DNA from: Lingula anatina
Lineage: Eukaryota; Animalia; Brachiopoda
Assembly: GCA_051362555.1 (NCBI GenBank)
Contig: CM120640.1
Coordinates: forward strand, 51,066,788-51,130,787
Direction of reading: 5' to 3'
DNA: 64,000 nt
Part shown: positions 35,001 through 47,676 of the stretch, piece by piece
Layout of the letters: each line of letters opens with the position of its first letter
Numbering within the stretch: the stretch's first letter is position 1
Program-made: the position numbers and the translations under genes
Notes under the pieces: generated by a model
What the model was told of the DNA's origin: nothing
Database searches by the model: none
Seen by the model: only the letters and a program-made list of their open reading frames with translations

Positions 35001-38000
35001 CTTCTACATATCTCTGTTTTTAGCTTAGTTTACCACGAGACTGTGCTTTGCAAATTGATAACCAATCTATATATTATTCTGAGCGATCTGAGTCTCTTTC
35101 ATTTGATAAAGGCCCTAAGGTAGAAGCACCAATAGAAAAGGAAGAAGAACCTAGTGGGCAAACTCAAGAGGCTGCAAAGTCTACCTCTCCAACCTCTCCA
35201 CCGCCTCCCCCAATCACATTCCGCAAAACTTGTGGAAAAAATGTAGAAATGTCAAGTGACCAGAAAACTGCAACCAGACGAAAGTAGGTTTAGAATGATA
35301 CGTGCTTAGCCTTTTGATATTTCAAGAATGGAGAAATATGGGCCCTATGTATTAACTAAATAATTGAATTAAAATAACATTGGTATTCTTTATTTCATTC
35401 CTGGTATGGACATGACTACATTTTAAAACAGCGCTGTGATCACTATGATGCAGTAAAGAATTATATAGGCCTTTAGTCTTTGTAGTTTGTGCAGTTATTC
35501 AACAATTAAATTACTACTCTCTTTCGTTTAAAACTTCCAGTTATATGACCGACTGCGATAATGGGATAGTCCTTAGCTCTAGACCGCTGCAATCCGGCGA
35601 AATGTTCGAGATCAGAGTGGATAAGACCATCAGCAAGTGGGACCACGAAGGCCTCAAAATTGGTCTTGTTGATTTACATTCTGGTTTTGAGATCCCCCGC
35701 ACGCTACCTGGTCAAATAGCTGAAGTCACGTGGTCGTGGGTCGGAGACGAGGTGTTTCACGACAGAAGAGTAGAGAAAAAATTGAACATGAATCTAAACA
35801 GAGTCAAGGTAAACTTATCGATTTAAGTACAGTATTTTGAGAAAACAGCGCATTCGGTTAAACACATGAATACTCTGAAATTAGCTTTGAATGACAACTT
35901 TTTGATTGTTGTGTTTGACGTTATTTCCGTCTTTTAATTTGTTTTGAAACAGAATGGAGATAGGGTCGGTGTGATGAGGGCAAGCGATAACACCGTTCAC
36001 TTTTTCTACAACGGTCAAGATTTCGGGGCGGCTGCAGATAGAATCCCTGAGAAAGTATTTGCAATCGTAGATGTCCATGGTTGCACTTTTGAAGTGTCCT
36101 TAAACAGTGAGTTAAATTTACTATTTGATGTTCATTACACCAATTTTTATTTTGTGTATTGACACTCTAGGTGACTGTAAATATTTTTGGAACTTTACCT
36201 GTGTATGCCATGGCTGTCAAAAATGTTCGTCTTAAGCGCCATATCACATTCCATTTTACTTATAATTTACTGAAATATTTTTTGGAAGATGCAGTTAAAC
36301 GCCAGTCATTATAAGCGACTATTTTCACAGAAGTTAACTCAACTTTTAATAAGATAATTATTTCTTCTTTAATAATAATCTTAATAATTTCTTTATTCGA
36401 TAATTAGATACATCATTGTAAAATGAGCACTTCGTTTTTTTAAAGTTTATTTCATTATTTTTAGTGCCCGACACAGAAATGGAAACCAAACAAACGGCGC
36501 CTGGGCCTAATCCCAACTCCGAAGTTAACACCGCTTTGATGAAAATGAAGCAAACAGTGGAGTTACTGAAGATCAAGAATGAAGCATCAATAAAGAAAGT
36601 GAAACAGATGGCGCAAGAAAATTTATTGGAACTTTATCGGAGCCACCAGGACCCGTTGCTTCGCAAGGCGATGGGTGAAAAGTTCACAGAGATGCAGGGG
36701 GCAACACACATCGTCGACTATATAAAGTTCCTGCGTGAGTGCGGCCTAGAAGTAGATTACATCCAGGAATGCTATAGTACACTGCGAAAAATTTGCGTTT
36801 GGTACAGCGATGATTCCCTGAAGTTCGCTCGCGCTCTTGGGGAAACAGATTTATTAGCAATTATGGTATCCGAGCTACAGAAATACAAGAACAAATCTTA
36901 CGAAACTGACGAGGTAACGCTTTACTGGGTATTAATGTATACTTAAAGTGATAATAACTCTTCATATGAGATTTATATTTCACAATAAAAGCATTGTGAA
37001 TAACTCACAGAAATATAATATATTCTGTTTTGCCACAAAAATGGCAGTTCTGATATCTGAGGTGGTCTTCAGACCACGTGACCTCCACTGACGGCTGTAC
37101 TCTGTTATAATCTCTTAAGAGATTTTAACAAAAAAAAAACTTTTTAGAAAAAAAACAGGGACTATTTTGAATCTAAAAATGGATTCATTAACCATTAGTA
37201 AGTATGGGAAAATTGTTGTTTACTCCAGGAAAATTCATTTTTTGGCCAAAACAAAGAGTTATTATCCCTTTAATATACTTTGTAACATCACACAAGTGAT
37301 CGTCATATAAATGTACATGAAAGATTTTTGTTGAAACCCGTAACTATAGTCTTCATAGTAATTTTAGCATAACCATATCCTTTATTGCATTTTTAGAAAT
37401 TGCTGGACGTGGTGAAAACTAATCTTATTCTCCTACATAACTGCGCCAAAGTTACTGAAAACCGCGGTGTCATAAGGAGACTGCAAGTTATCGACGCCAT
37501 CTTGCCCTACCGTAATAGCAAGATTAAGGAATTGAGCACCCACGCCCTTATGGCCCTCTCCTACATGGTTGCTATTGATGAACACCATTACATTCAGGCA
37601 GACGAAAATTCCATCGCTTTCATCTTACAAATCCTGGAAGAGGCATTCAATAACAAAACTACCCACATGAGCGAAACTGGTTATCATGTAGATGAAGTCC
37701 TGGTCGGACTGGCCAACCTTGCCAAGAACAAAGGGAACCGAATAAATGTTGTTAAAAAACAAGGTGTTAACACATTTGTGAAAATCATGAAACTTGGCCG
37801 ACCCAGTGAGCAAGAGTGCGCGGCGATGGCGTTGTTGGAAATGGTGGACGACACAACGGTGCAGCACATTGCCGCAACACCAGGTTTACATGGGGTTCTT
37901 GCTACTATGAAAAACAGCCCAGTGGAGGCAGTCCGACAGGCCTCAGAAAGACTGTTGCTCAAGTTGCCTTCGCAGGACTCTTTTGTCCAGATGATGCCAG

Positions 38001-38246
38001 GTGATTGAAACATATTTAATGACTTTTAATAATGTGAATGTGTTGATGGAGTTCATTTATTTGCTTATTATGAAAAGTGTATTACAAGAGAAGCAGACAT
38101 TATTTCTGATCGAGATCAAGAATTCTGTTATTTATTTAAAGAAATACATTTCAGATATGCCGAAACCAACTGCACCTAAAAGAAGAAAGTGTGACTATAA
38201 AGAGATATGCAACGCTTACATGAAAACCCTTAACTTAAATGGCAAG

Positions 38247-38317
<71 letters not shown>

Positions 38318-39828
38318 CGCTCGCGCGAAATGTAATCCGTTACAGATATCTTATGAACTTTTCTCCCATAGATGCGTTTTTCGACCACGAATTTGACCGG
38401 TGCTACTGCAGCGTCTGTCACACAGACCGTGGAGATGACTTGTATTATACCAGGGGAGACCCTCCCAAAGATTACGGTATTCCTGCTGGCTGGTGTAGAT
38501 ACGCTTTGAGGTGAGAAATAAACAGCGTTTAATTTGATAGGTGTGTAGAGTTAAAACAACAGCATGGGAATAGCATAACAAAAAAGATGTCTTGTTTTTC
38601 CTGTCGTTGGTTAATGCCTATAAGGTTGTCAAATAGAAAGCACATCCAGTTTTCTTCGCACCGTTTTCGTGCCAGATAATGGGGCTTGATTTCCGGATTG
38701 CTGTCATCATACTTTTGCCATCTGCATGTTAACATTTACTTTAATTTTTTTTCTCTACAAAGTTTGCCTGCAAAAGCCAAAGCCATGAATGTTTTAGAAG
38801 CCTGGCACAGAGCTTACCATGGGACCAGGAGCACTGCGGTTGCTAAAATATTACAAGTGGGAGAACTTTTGATGCCAGGTTCGTTTTGATTGAATATATT
38901 GTGTTCAAATTTTATGAATCACTCTTTAATACAACAAAAAAGCAAATTTTGTCTTTTACAGGTTATTAAATACACCTCCGTATTGTTTTTTGTTTTTTTT
39001 GTTTTTTTTTGTTGTTGCTTTGATGGCCTCGTCTTATTAGGGAAAAATGAATTTGAAACAACGCTACAGGTGTAAAACAAGAATATGAAAAAGATGAATC
39101 AACATAAACCCCTTCATTTACCACATTTCTTAGTAGAAAAAGGGGTACACTTAAAATCTATTTACTCATCTGCGCTATGAAATTGCAGTTTATTTTGTCC
39201 CCTTAAAAACGTAAAATTACATCTTGACTTTCTTATAGGTGACACTGCTCTTGGCGGAGAAAAAATAAGTGTGTGCAAAGGGCATTTCACAGAGGAAAGG
39301 AAGCCAGAAGGATTCAACATCAAGAAAATCTTTGTATCGCCCAGCATCCGATATGCAGGACATAATGCTTATGCTATGCCGCACAAGTAAGGCTTCCGTC
39401 CCGACCTTTGATATTTTTTACATCTAAAGACAGATTTTTGATGGCTTCGTACATTAAAAGTCAAATAAAGAAAGGGAGTTCAATTTTATTCATTGTAAAT
39501 TTTCTAAGAAAAGAAATTTTTGTTTTCAATCATCTGTCCTTAAGAAGTACTGGTAGAAGGTAGTTGATCAGTCAATGTATTTTGAAGGAATATGTGCTTT
39601 TTTTACAGGTACAAGGATGCTACAACAGAAAAGAACTACGTAGCTCGCGTTGCATTCCAAATCTGCATTCGCCCGGATAGTTACGTTGTAGGTGACCAAA
39701 CCATTGGAGCCCTGAGCCAGATAGACCCAAAATTTGATAACCAGGAAATAGAATGGGCGACAGAGGAGAGAGGTAGCACTGTCCTCTATGGCCTGCTAGT
39801 GAAGTTGGAAGAGGAAGTCAGTGCTTGA
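29078..39828 (+). CDS. Multidomain protein: N-myristoylation motif, SPSB/Gustavus-type SPRY, 2 Neuralized (NHR) domains, ARM-like repeats, NEURL4-type Zn-finger and ADP-ribosyltransferase domain; 15 exons (29078-29254, 29939-30128, 32992-33294, 33493-33631, 34041-34317, 34728-34891, 35111-35284, 35541-35808, 35953-36106, 36465-36913, 37397-38000, 38154-38241, 38372-38510, 38763-38878, 39239-39386) plus terminal exon 39609-39828
   Basis: N-terminus MGNELSS. SPRY: HGWDPDDCS...TDAVRGKKSY..GTHIWRIHWP..HRGSHAMVGV...LIGSNDQSLGWDI. NHR: AVVFTSRPL...FEI...IGVT and GIVLSSRPLQSGEMFEIRVD...GDRVGVMR. ARM: LLHNCAK...ALMALSY...VLVGLANLAKN. ART: CYCSVCH...PAGWCRYAL...AYHGT...FVSPSIRYA...FQICIRPDSY...EIEW...LYGLLVK. 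Confidence 0.9.
30440..31420 (-). mobile_element. Decayed Tc1-family (DD34E-like) transposase in intron 2 of the SPRY-NHR-ART gene
   Basis: Fragments F..EVRFHL...NRVYR, SVSIW, and HDEVAGSHRA...QLPWSSKSPHLNHIDNI (compare WPxxSPDLNPIEN), interrupted by in-frame stops. Confidence 0.85.
31803..32784. mobile_element. Non-autonomous TIR DNA element, longer copy of the 4020-4436 family
   Basis: TIRs cacgtccaggatactgggtaacaacaat / attgttgttatccagtatcgtggacgt. About 200 bp at each end is homologous to 4020-4436. Confidence 0.8.
38248..38312. repeat. (CT)n(CA)n compound microsatellite
   Basis: Read directly from the sequence. Confidence 0.95.
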
Positions 39829-41104
39829 ATAAAGATGCAATGTGCAAGAGCAATATGGTAGCGCCACCTTGTTCAGGATTGGTTTGAGAACAGTTCACAA
39901 CAGCAATACTAGAACTTTATCAACATGCTTCAGTGTTTTTGTTTAATAAAGCGGCTTCAAACTAGCAAATGTGGTAAACTAGCCTGCAATTTTTGTCTTT
40001 GCTTTAAAAGTTACAGCTGAAAATGTTACCTTAAAGGTTGCAGCTAAAAAGGTTACATTTGGCGTATCAGTTTATGCCGTGAAATTTTATTAATCACGCT
40101 TAGAGTTGCACACAAATTAATAGGAGCATTAAAGATGTGTGGCCTCGTGAAAATATCTGTATTGGCACACACGTATTAACTCATACTCATGTTATGTGTA
40201 ATTCAAGAAATTTTTATTGTGTTATTCAAAACTTCAAATGCTCTCTCAATTTTTAATTATATGAAAGCTATGAAAAATGATGATTGTTTCGTTGTTTTTA
40301 TTCATGAATTAATACAAATGAATTTCAAACCCTTTTTATAAAACTGCGGTGCCCGCCATATATCGCCTTGTAAGATATCGTTGAAAAAATTCTAAGTGTA
40401 AAGGTATCTCATCTGGGATTTTCCCGCCAATTTTCCTGACCAATCAGAGGCCTGGATAGAGGTATAATAAAACCCAATAGTCTGGAAATAACCAAAAACG
40501 AATCTTTTTATCAAAGTTATCTAAAGTATATTTCTTTGCATGCGGTTAGCTTTTCTGACGATAAATGAAACAAATTTGCAGGCTAGTGTGTTTTTAAACA
40601 TGATATTCATCAATTATATATTTGTATATACAGAAATTAAGACGCCACGTTTAGCAAGGGAACTCGGTTGTTGGCACTTGGACTGGTTGTTTTCGTGTTA
40701 GACGTTTGACTTTCTTGTATACCGCTATGCACGTATGTTTAAGAAAACGGTCATATCTGTATAATTTGTTTTACGGGTTGAAGAGCACCATTTGGAATAT
40801 GGAATGTTAACACATTAACAAAGCAATTTTAGGACATTAGTGGTAGTGATCTTCTGATTATTTATTGTAAAAAACATCTTTAACATTAAAATATATTTGC
40901 AACCGAGAGGTTGATGTCTTATTAATATGTGCACTTGTTGTAAGGTTTACAATGTATATTCAAACGAATAATGGGTTGAAAAAAGGCAAAGATTTGTACT
41001 TGAAAAGTTTGAACACAAATAACACTCAAATCTGTCTTTCCAAAACAATGTAATAAATAAATAAATAAATAAATGCATCCTCAACACAATTACCAATAAT
41101 GTGG

Positions 41105-44100
41105 TCAACCGATAATGTTTGTTTGTTTGTAGCAACTTCCAGTACACTGACGTAAGCTTGCCGGGCTCTGTAAAGATTGACAGAAGACGTCTTGTGTAAT
41201 CTCATTTGTCGTCATGTCTACGCACATAACTTGCCTTGTCTGCACTGAAAGCTGACCACAACTTGCTGGACACTGAAATATAATAACATAATGTCAACTT
41301 GAGCTTTAAAAAAACACATATTTCCTTCAAAATACATTGACTGATCTACTGCCTTCTACCAAAAACCACACACGGTGCTTGCCTAGACGATGCAGCCCCA
41401 GTGCACTGTGTCAGTCTGTTCAGTTACAGAACTGCCGGTCGCACATTGGAAAATCTTTAGAAAAAGTTGCGTGCGCTGCGATAACATCGACTTCATAACA
41501 CCCTAAGTTTTGCAAAATTTACGGTAAGTTAAGACACTTCTAGATGAAAAAAATCCGTATGCTATACAGTTTGAAGGGATGTTTTATGGTAACAGAGACA
41601 AATATCAGTATCTATGCCGAATTGTATCGATTGTTGCAATAGATGATCAAATATATCACATATTCTTGAATCGAACTAGACGAAATACAAGGTCACGTCA
41701 GGGGGCTCAGGATAATAAAGAACGGCAATCTAGTGCATGCTTTGTACACTTTGGTATGCCCAAATAAAAAATGCCAAAAACCTTTCGAATACAAGTGGAT
41801 ATATGATTTATGAGTGTAAGAATTTCATAAAAGTTATAAGATTTCATTTTGATGGAGCATTTCCCGTCAGCAATTTGGCCTTTCACCTCAGAAGCCAAAA
41901 GATAGAGTCATCACGTAGACCTACCTGAAACCAGTGCCCAGTGACCCATCTATACGGACAGGTGGACACACCACTATTGACTGACCCTCCCACTTGAGGA
42001 CACTGGTCGTTTGAAACCCTGACAGGAATACCCGACCTTTGACTAACGCAAGTCACAGGGCACACTAGTTGTCGCGTCCCGCAAGACCGGGTGCATTGTT
42101 TGATATCCACAGGTGTCCAACTGTAAAGAACAAGAAATGTAGCACCTGAGGTTACATTACCAAATCCGATTCTTTGCAATTGTGCTGTATGAATACCATA
42201 AATGTACATTTCTTAATAGGAGGTGGAATTTATAAAAGGCTGTCAAAATACAGTTTTTAAAGTTTAAATAGTTCTGTTGATGAGCTTCGTTCTTAACTCC
42301 TTTAAAAAACTCTTCTGTCCTTATTTTATGGTAAAATATCTCTTAGTTTTTAAGTGGAACTTACTTTGCTGGACATGCCTGCGTATTGCAGGAAAGTGAT
42401 GTCGAAGTGGGCCTGTCTTGGGCGTTGCACAAAACATTGTCGACAATTGATCCGCCTGGGGCGACCACGCACAATGCCTTTACTAGCTGCATTCCTGACA
42501 AATAATAGAACTATTTTTTTTAGGAAATTTAAATCTTCCTGTGACCTTATGTGCTCAAGTAATTTTATATTTTGTGTCAACAGTCAGGTCAAATATCACA
42601 TTCTAACCTGGAAAAAAGTACACCTGTCTGTGTAACTAATTTTGCTCTTTGTTGATCAGAGCCCTAGCGGGGAGAGGTTCAAACATCCACTTTACAGCAG
42701 AAGACCAACCATATGATTTCCTCAAATTAAAGACGACCATTTAATTTTGAAGTTTAACAAACTTCGACAATGGAAATAATATTCAAATCATGAAATCCCG
42801 AGAAAAAAATTAAGGCCCCAGAACATCCAATAAAAAGTCCAAAAATTTTCCGTTAAGATCCCACACCCCATTAAATTCCCGGTAATTCCTGGGTTTACTA
42901 TTTATAAGTTTCATCAATTAAACTGCTATCAAACATCTTGATCCTATAAGGAACCAAAGTAAAAAGTGTTGCTACTCGTAGCTAAGCAAGCAAAGATATA
43001 AAGGGCGTGTCGACCGCCCTTACCTCCTCCGCATGTCTGCGTGCATCCAGTTATATAATGGAGGCTCCACCTGTAGCGCTGTACACTGCCAACCGCTGCT
43101 GGTGCGACGTGATTGGTTGGCAAGTAGTATTCATAAGTGATAACAGGATCCACACCATTATACTGCGTGCTGTCATACTCTTGCTTCACCTTTGAGGTAG
43201 ATAAAACAATATCTATAATAAATATAATTATTGCAATTTGAAGACGACTTCTGAAATGATGTTGTCGACACAGGTCCTCTTTTACACTGTCCATTTGATG
43301 ATTGGTAATCAAAATAAATTTTCAAAAAGCGAAAAGGAAATCCAAGTTTAATAAAATGGGATAGTACATGAATGAATGTACATGATTTTTTTAAAGCAAG
43401 GAGAGAATAGTAAATACCACTATTTATAGGAACTTACCGAAAAACTGACAGTGATATTGTTAGGGATTGACTTGATTGAAAGATACTCGCTGTCACTCAA
43501 ACCACCTTTATACTGCACGTGTACTCCCTCGCTGTCATACAGACGTGATTTTCCCCTACCAGAGTGAGGTCCAAGCAACCAGCGGCCGTTCACCCGAACC
43601 CCAATATGAGTGTAGGCATTGCTGCTGACTATCTTAATGCTGGTCGCACCCTCAGTTAGTGTTAGAAACGTTACATGCTCTAGGAATAAATAAAAAAGGA
43701 TAAGATAGTAGTTAAGGATGCATTTGATACATCCAGCCTGCTGTGGACCTTTTACACCAATACCACTCCGGTAGATACAAGTAAAATAGCTCCCCTTTGT
43801 CAAGAAAAAAAAATCATACAACTTACTTTGCATTTCATAGATGAGTGACGTTTGCAAGCTGAAAAAAGAAGCTTTTACATGTACTAAGTAACTAATATTC
43901 CTTTTAAAATGTAGTCTTTAAAGGTCATGGAAAAGTTTGAAAAATCACTTTTCACACTCAGCAATTACCTTGAAATTTCCCGGAAGTCTGCTTCCCAGAA
44001 AACTTTTTACAAGAATTCCCTGTACCTCCACATATTCCGCAAACGTCAAAAAAAGTGCCAGAATTTAGTTCTCCATCACAGCCGAATTTCTAAATAAAAA

Positions 44101-47100
44101 AGACAGATATAGTACACTATAATGTAACATTCTCTGCAAAACGGTGGCCCAAACTTGACTGAGGATATGCAATAAACCATTTACACAGTTAGCATTATTA
44201 TCTCTACCACATGAAGAATAAAAAAACTGGCTAGCAACATGCCTGCTACAGGTACGTTCAGTAGAAGGCCTGAATAATAAAAACCATAAGCTTTTGCAAT
44301 GCAGACATGAAAGTACATCTTGTTTTTAGTAACGCATCTGGCCATTTTTTTACAGTTCAGCAGTCTGAAAGTAATATAAAAAGATGGATAGCAACTGCTT
44401 TCATAAATTTTATTCAGATTACTTTTACACAAACGATGGGCGACCTCAGTTTAAAACGTGTCTGTCTGTTGTTGTTGTTGTTTTCTCTTTTTTCCTTTTT
44501 TTCTGTGAAGCAGTCAGTATTGAATTATGCAACGAGTACTTCACTTGTAGTTCAATTTATCTATCTTGGTGCAATATTCACTGACAAATACGAAGATACT
44601 CCGGAAATAAAACGACGAATTAAAATCGCGAAGAGTGCCTAACTAATTAGGTCTGGAAGGACAAAAAACATTTCTTAATGTAAAGAAGAGACTGCTCTAA
44701 TTTTTCGATAGCTTCATATGACGTGGAATGTTGGGAGGTGAAAAAAATCAGACAGGAAGAGATTAAAATGTTTTGAATTATGGTGCTATCGGCGTGTTCT
44801 TAGAATCAGCGGGGTTACAAGGACTACGAATGACGATTCGGATGATGAGAGGCCGAGAAATGGAAAAATAAACATTATTTATGGGGACCGTATACGGACC
44901 TCGAGGACGAAGTAGACCTAAAACGCGATACAGCGACAATATAGCGGACCTCTGTGGGTCCATGATTCAAGCAGACAGGCCGGCACAGAACCGTGACCAG
45001 TGGAGAGCTTTGGCGAGGGGGGGCACGGCGGGTCGGCTCCGACCAACCAATCTTAAAGATGATGATGATGACGATGAGTTCACTTGTAGTGAGAAGTTGT
45101 CTCAGTATCATTACGCTGAAACCAAGACATACCATTCGACTCATCCAAGTTCTTCACAAAATGGGCCGGGGAAAAGTCCACGTTAATATATCTCACGAGC
45201 AGGGGAACGTGAAAACACTGCCTTGGCAACTCTTGGGTGAAAATGAGAACGGTAAATTATTTTGTTATCAGGCGGGGGAAAAGGCCGCTCGTATGCTCCC
45301 ACGACTGAACTTGGCAAAAAGATGACAGTGCTACAAAAGCGTAATATGACGGATGTTTGTTATGTAGCCTAGAAAAAACTGTTGAAGCTTATCAGCTCAA
45401 CAATTTGACGCGACCAATACATTGCCTTGATCTATCAAAGTGAAGAAAATGATATAGGCTGTCAAATGCAGGTCTACTTTGCAAAGAATTTATCAGTTTT
45501 GCCATGCACTGTTAGCTACAATGATGAATCCTTCCAACACCAACTAAAATCAGAGTAATCACTAAGGCCTACCTGGCATTTTCCATCTACACATTTATCG
45601 AATCCCCAGGTAGGTGAGTCATGTTCACAATTAGTGCCATCTATAGCACTTTGTTCCCTGACTTCGGCTTTCTGGTCAGGGCTTTCACTCGGTACACACA
45701 CTACATGGCACTGACGGTTTTCTGAAAAAAAAAACAAGCTTGGATGAAAAATATAGATATTTTCACCGGCTATTTGATTTTCTCAACCATGAGTCATTTA
45801 AGATATAAAACCAGACATAAAAAGCACTATTTAAAAAGCTTAACAGCTGTCTTGTAATTTATAAATAAAATTATGAAATTGGATATGTGACAAATCTTTT
45901 GATCATCATTATATCTTTGAGAAGAATTTCAATATCCTATGTTAAATGTTGCAGTTGAGGCGAAATTCGAAAAATCGTACGGAAAATATATTTTTTCCTT
46001 TTTAGATGACTTACTCTGTACTTTATCAAAGGGTACCCAGTTTGTATATCTCCCAAGTCGGTCAGGTTGCGTGTTTGTGGCAGCACACTGCCGCTCTTTA
46101 AACTCGTACTGGCTGGAGATGGCGGGGCACGGCTGATATTTAATTGGCAATTAATGAAAATGAAAGACACTGGACTCAGTGCAATATTATACAGAAGCAC
46201 CTTTGTTATCAATAATTGTACTGAATAAGTTTAATAGCTTTAAAAAAGCTAAGTATGCGCACATATCTATATCTATCGTAACATCAAGGAATACCTTTGA
46301 ACTGTTATTTATTAATAGGATCGCTTAAATAATGTCTTAGCGGGGGAGCTGCAGGATGATTGTGATACAAAGAAATTCAGTAGTACGCTGCCTTACAGTC
46401 TTTATTGTAATGGTTTTCCTCCCGAATCAATCTTCAAGTATCTTATTCGCGTTTTCTCGACATATCGAATTTTCCTTCAAAAAGTAATTTTCTCCAACTC
46501 ACAAATTATGACTCGACTTGGCCCTGCCTTTGGATTCGACGTTTAATTGAACAATTTAGTTTTTAAAGTTTCCCATAACGTTTAAACCGCTATGACTGAC
46601 TGCCTGTACATTTTAAAAGGACATATCGATATCAGGTACTTTTATTTGAGGAGTTTTATCGTTTTTAAGGTCTGAATTGGGAAAGTAAAGCATCTTTCAG
46701 GACATATAGACATTGAAAATATGACTGAAGGACAATTTCAAGCGCGGATAGTATCCCTTTAAGGACGAATTCTTGATATGGATTTGGAAAAGATCGACAC
46801 GATTATAAAAAAAACTTCAGTCAATAAAAGAACAGTGAAATAACTCTCGTTCAATCTAGCCTCTGTATAGAGTTTGAGAAAACCATTAGTAACCTTATCA
46901 ATTTTGCAGATTACTGCTAATTGATCATGTAAAATAGCAGCCAAGCAAATAGTTTTAGTTTTAAAAGTTAAAATTAATTCTTTTTAGTACTTGCAAAAGA
47001 GTTTCAACGATACCTGAATATTGCAAAGCTGTGCTTGAATTGCCTCACCATCACAGCTATCTTTAGATGGTCCTCTGGAACAAACAAAAAATTGTTGGTA

Positions 47101-47676
47101 TCTTTTTCGGAGGAGAAATTTCCAACCTTTTCGGATTTCTTTCTTTTCTTTCTTATATTAATATGAAAAAGAAAGTTTATTAAAAATTTGGATCTATGTC
47201 CATGATTCATACTTTTTGTTATTGATGTAATACTTATTTGAGCGCGTTTTAAATTGATGGTTTTGAAATCGATTGAGTGGACCCTATTTGGTATTATTCA
47301 TTCTTACTGGTGACAATATCTTCTTTTTAGTCTTATTCCTCCACCGCAACTTCGTGTGCAGATACTCCAGGTGTTTTCCCAAGGCCCCCAGTTTCCGTCA
47401 GAAGCCTAGAATTAGAGACGTTTATAAAATCTCTAGTTCACAATTGAGGTACGATTCCATGTGAAATGGCTAAATCATAAAGAATGATTGCCTTGAATGT
47501 TTTACTCAAGTTCATAAATATAAATGTATTTATAAATTTAAAATAAATAATGATATATGTGTTTATCAATTTAAAACCATTTTAATCAATCAATCAATCT
47601 TCAATCGTCTTACCTGAGATGGAATGCTACATTCCAAAAGAAACCACATAAACATAAGCCATCTTAAATAAAACAT
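41105..47676 (-). CDS. Secreted ADAMTS-like/papilin-cassette protein (signal peptide, Cys-rich module, spacer, 3 TSP1 repeats, no protease domain); exons approx. 47676-47614, 46132-46015, 45721-45573, 44090-43970, 43679-43438, 43189-43024, 42494-42365, 42120-41925, 41272-41105
   Basis: Signal peptide [21 protein letters not shown]. Cys-rich module PCP...EFKERQC, CHVVC...AIDGTNC...[29 protein letters not shown]. Spacer GATSIKI...ITYEY. TSP1 repeats W...[14 protein letters not shown] and CPASCG. Exon phases are compatible. Confidence 0.88.
44520..45078 (+). mobile_element. 3' fragment of an RTE-clade LINE, with a (GAT)n tail
   Basis: FIYLGAIF...[12 protein letters not shown]...[13 protein letters not shown]...GRSRPKTRY...AQNRDQWR, typical of the RTE C-terminus, frameshifted and followed by GATGATGAT repeats. 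Confidence 0.85.

Noticed and set aside
41380-41765. Cys-containing minus-strand stretches that might be extra TSP1 exons
   Set aside because: No stop-free, TSP1-like frame with convincing splice sites was found, and the flanking exons already join in phase.
44778-45325. Cluster of overlapping ORFs
   Set aside because: Explained by the RTE LINE fragment and its flank.
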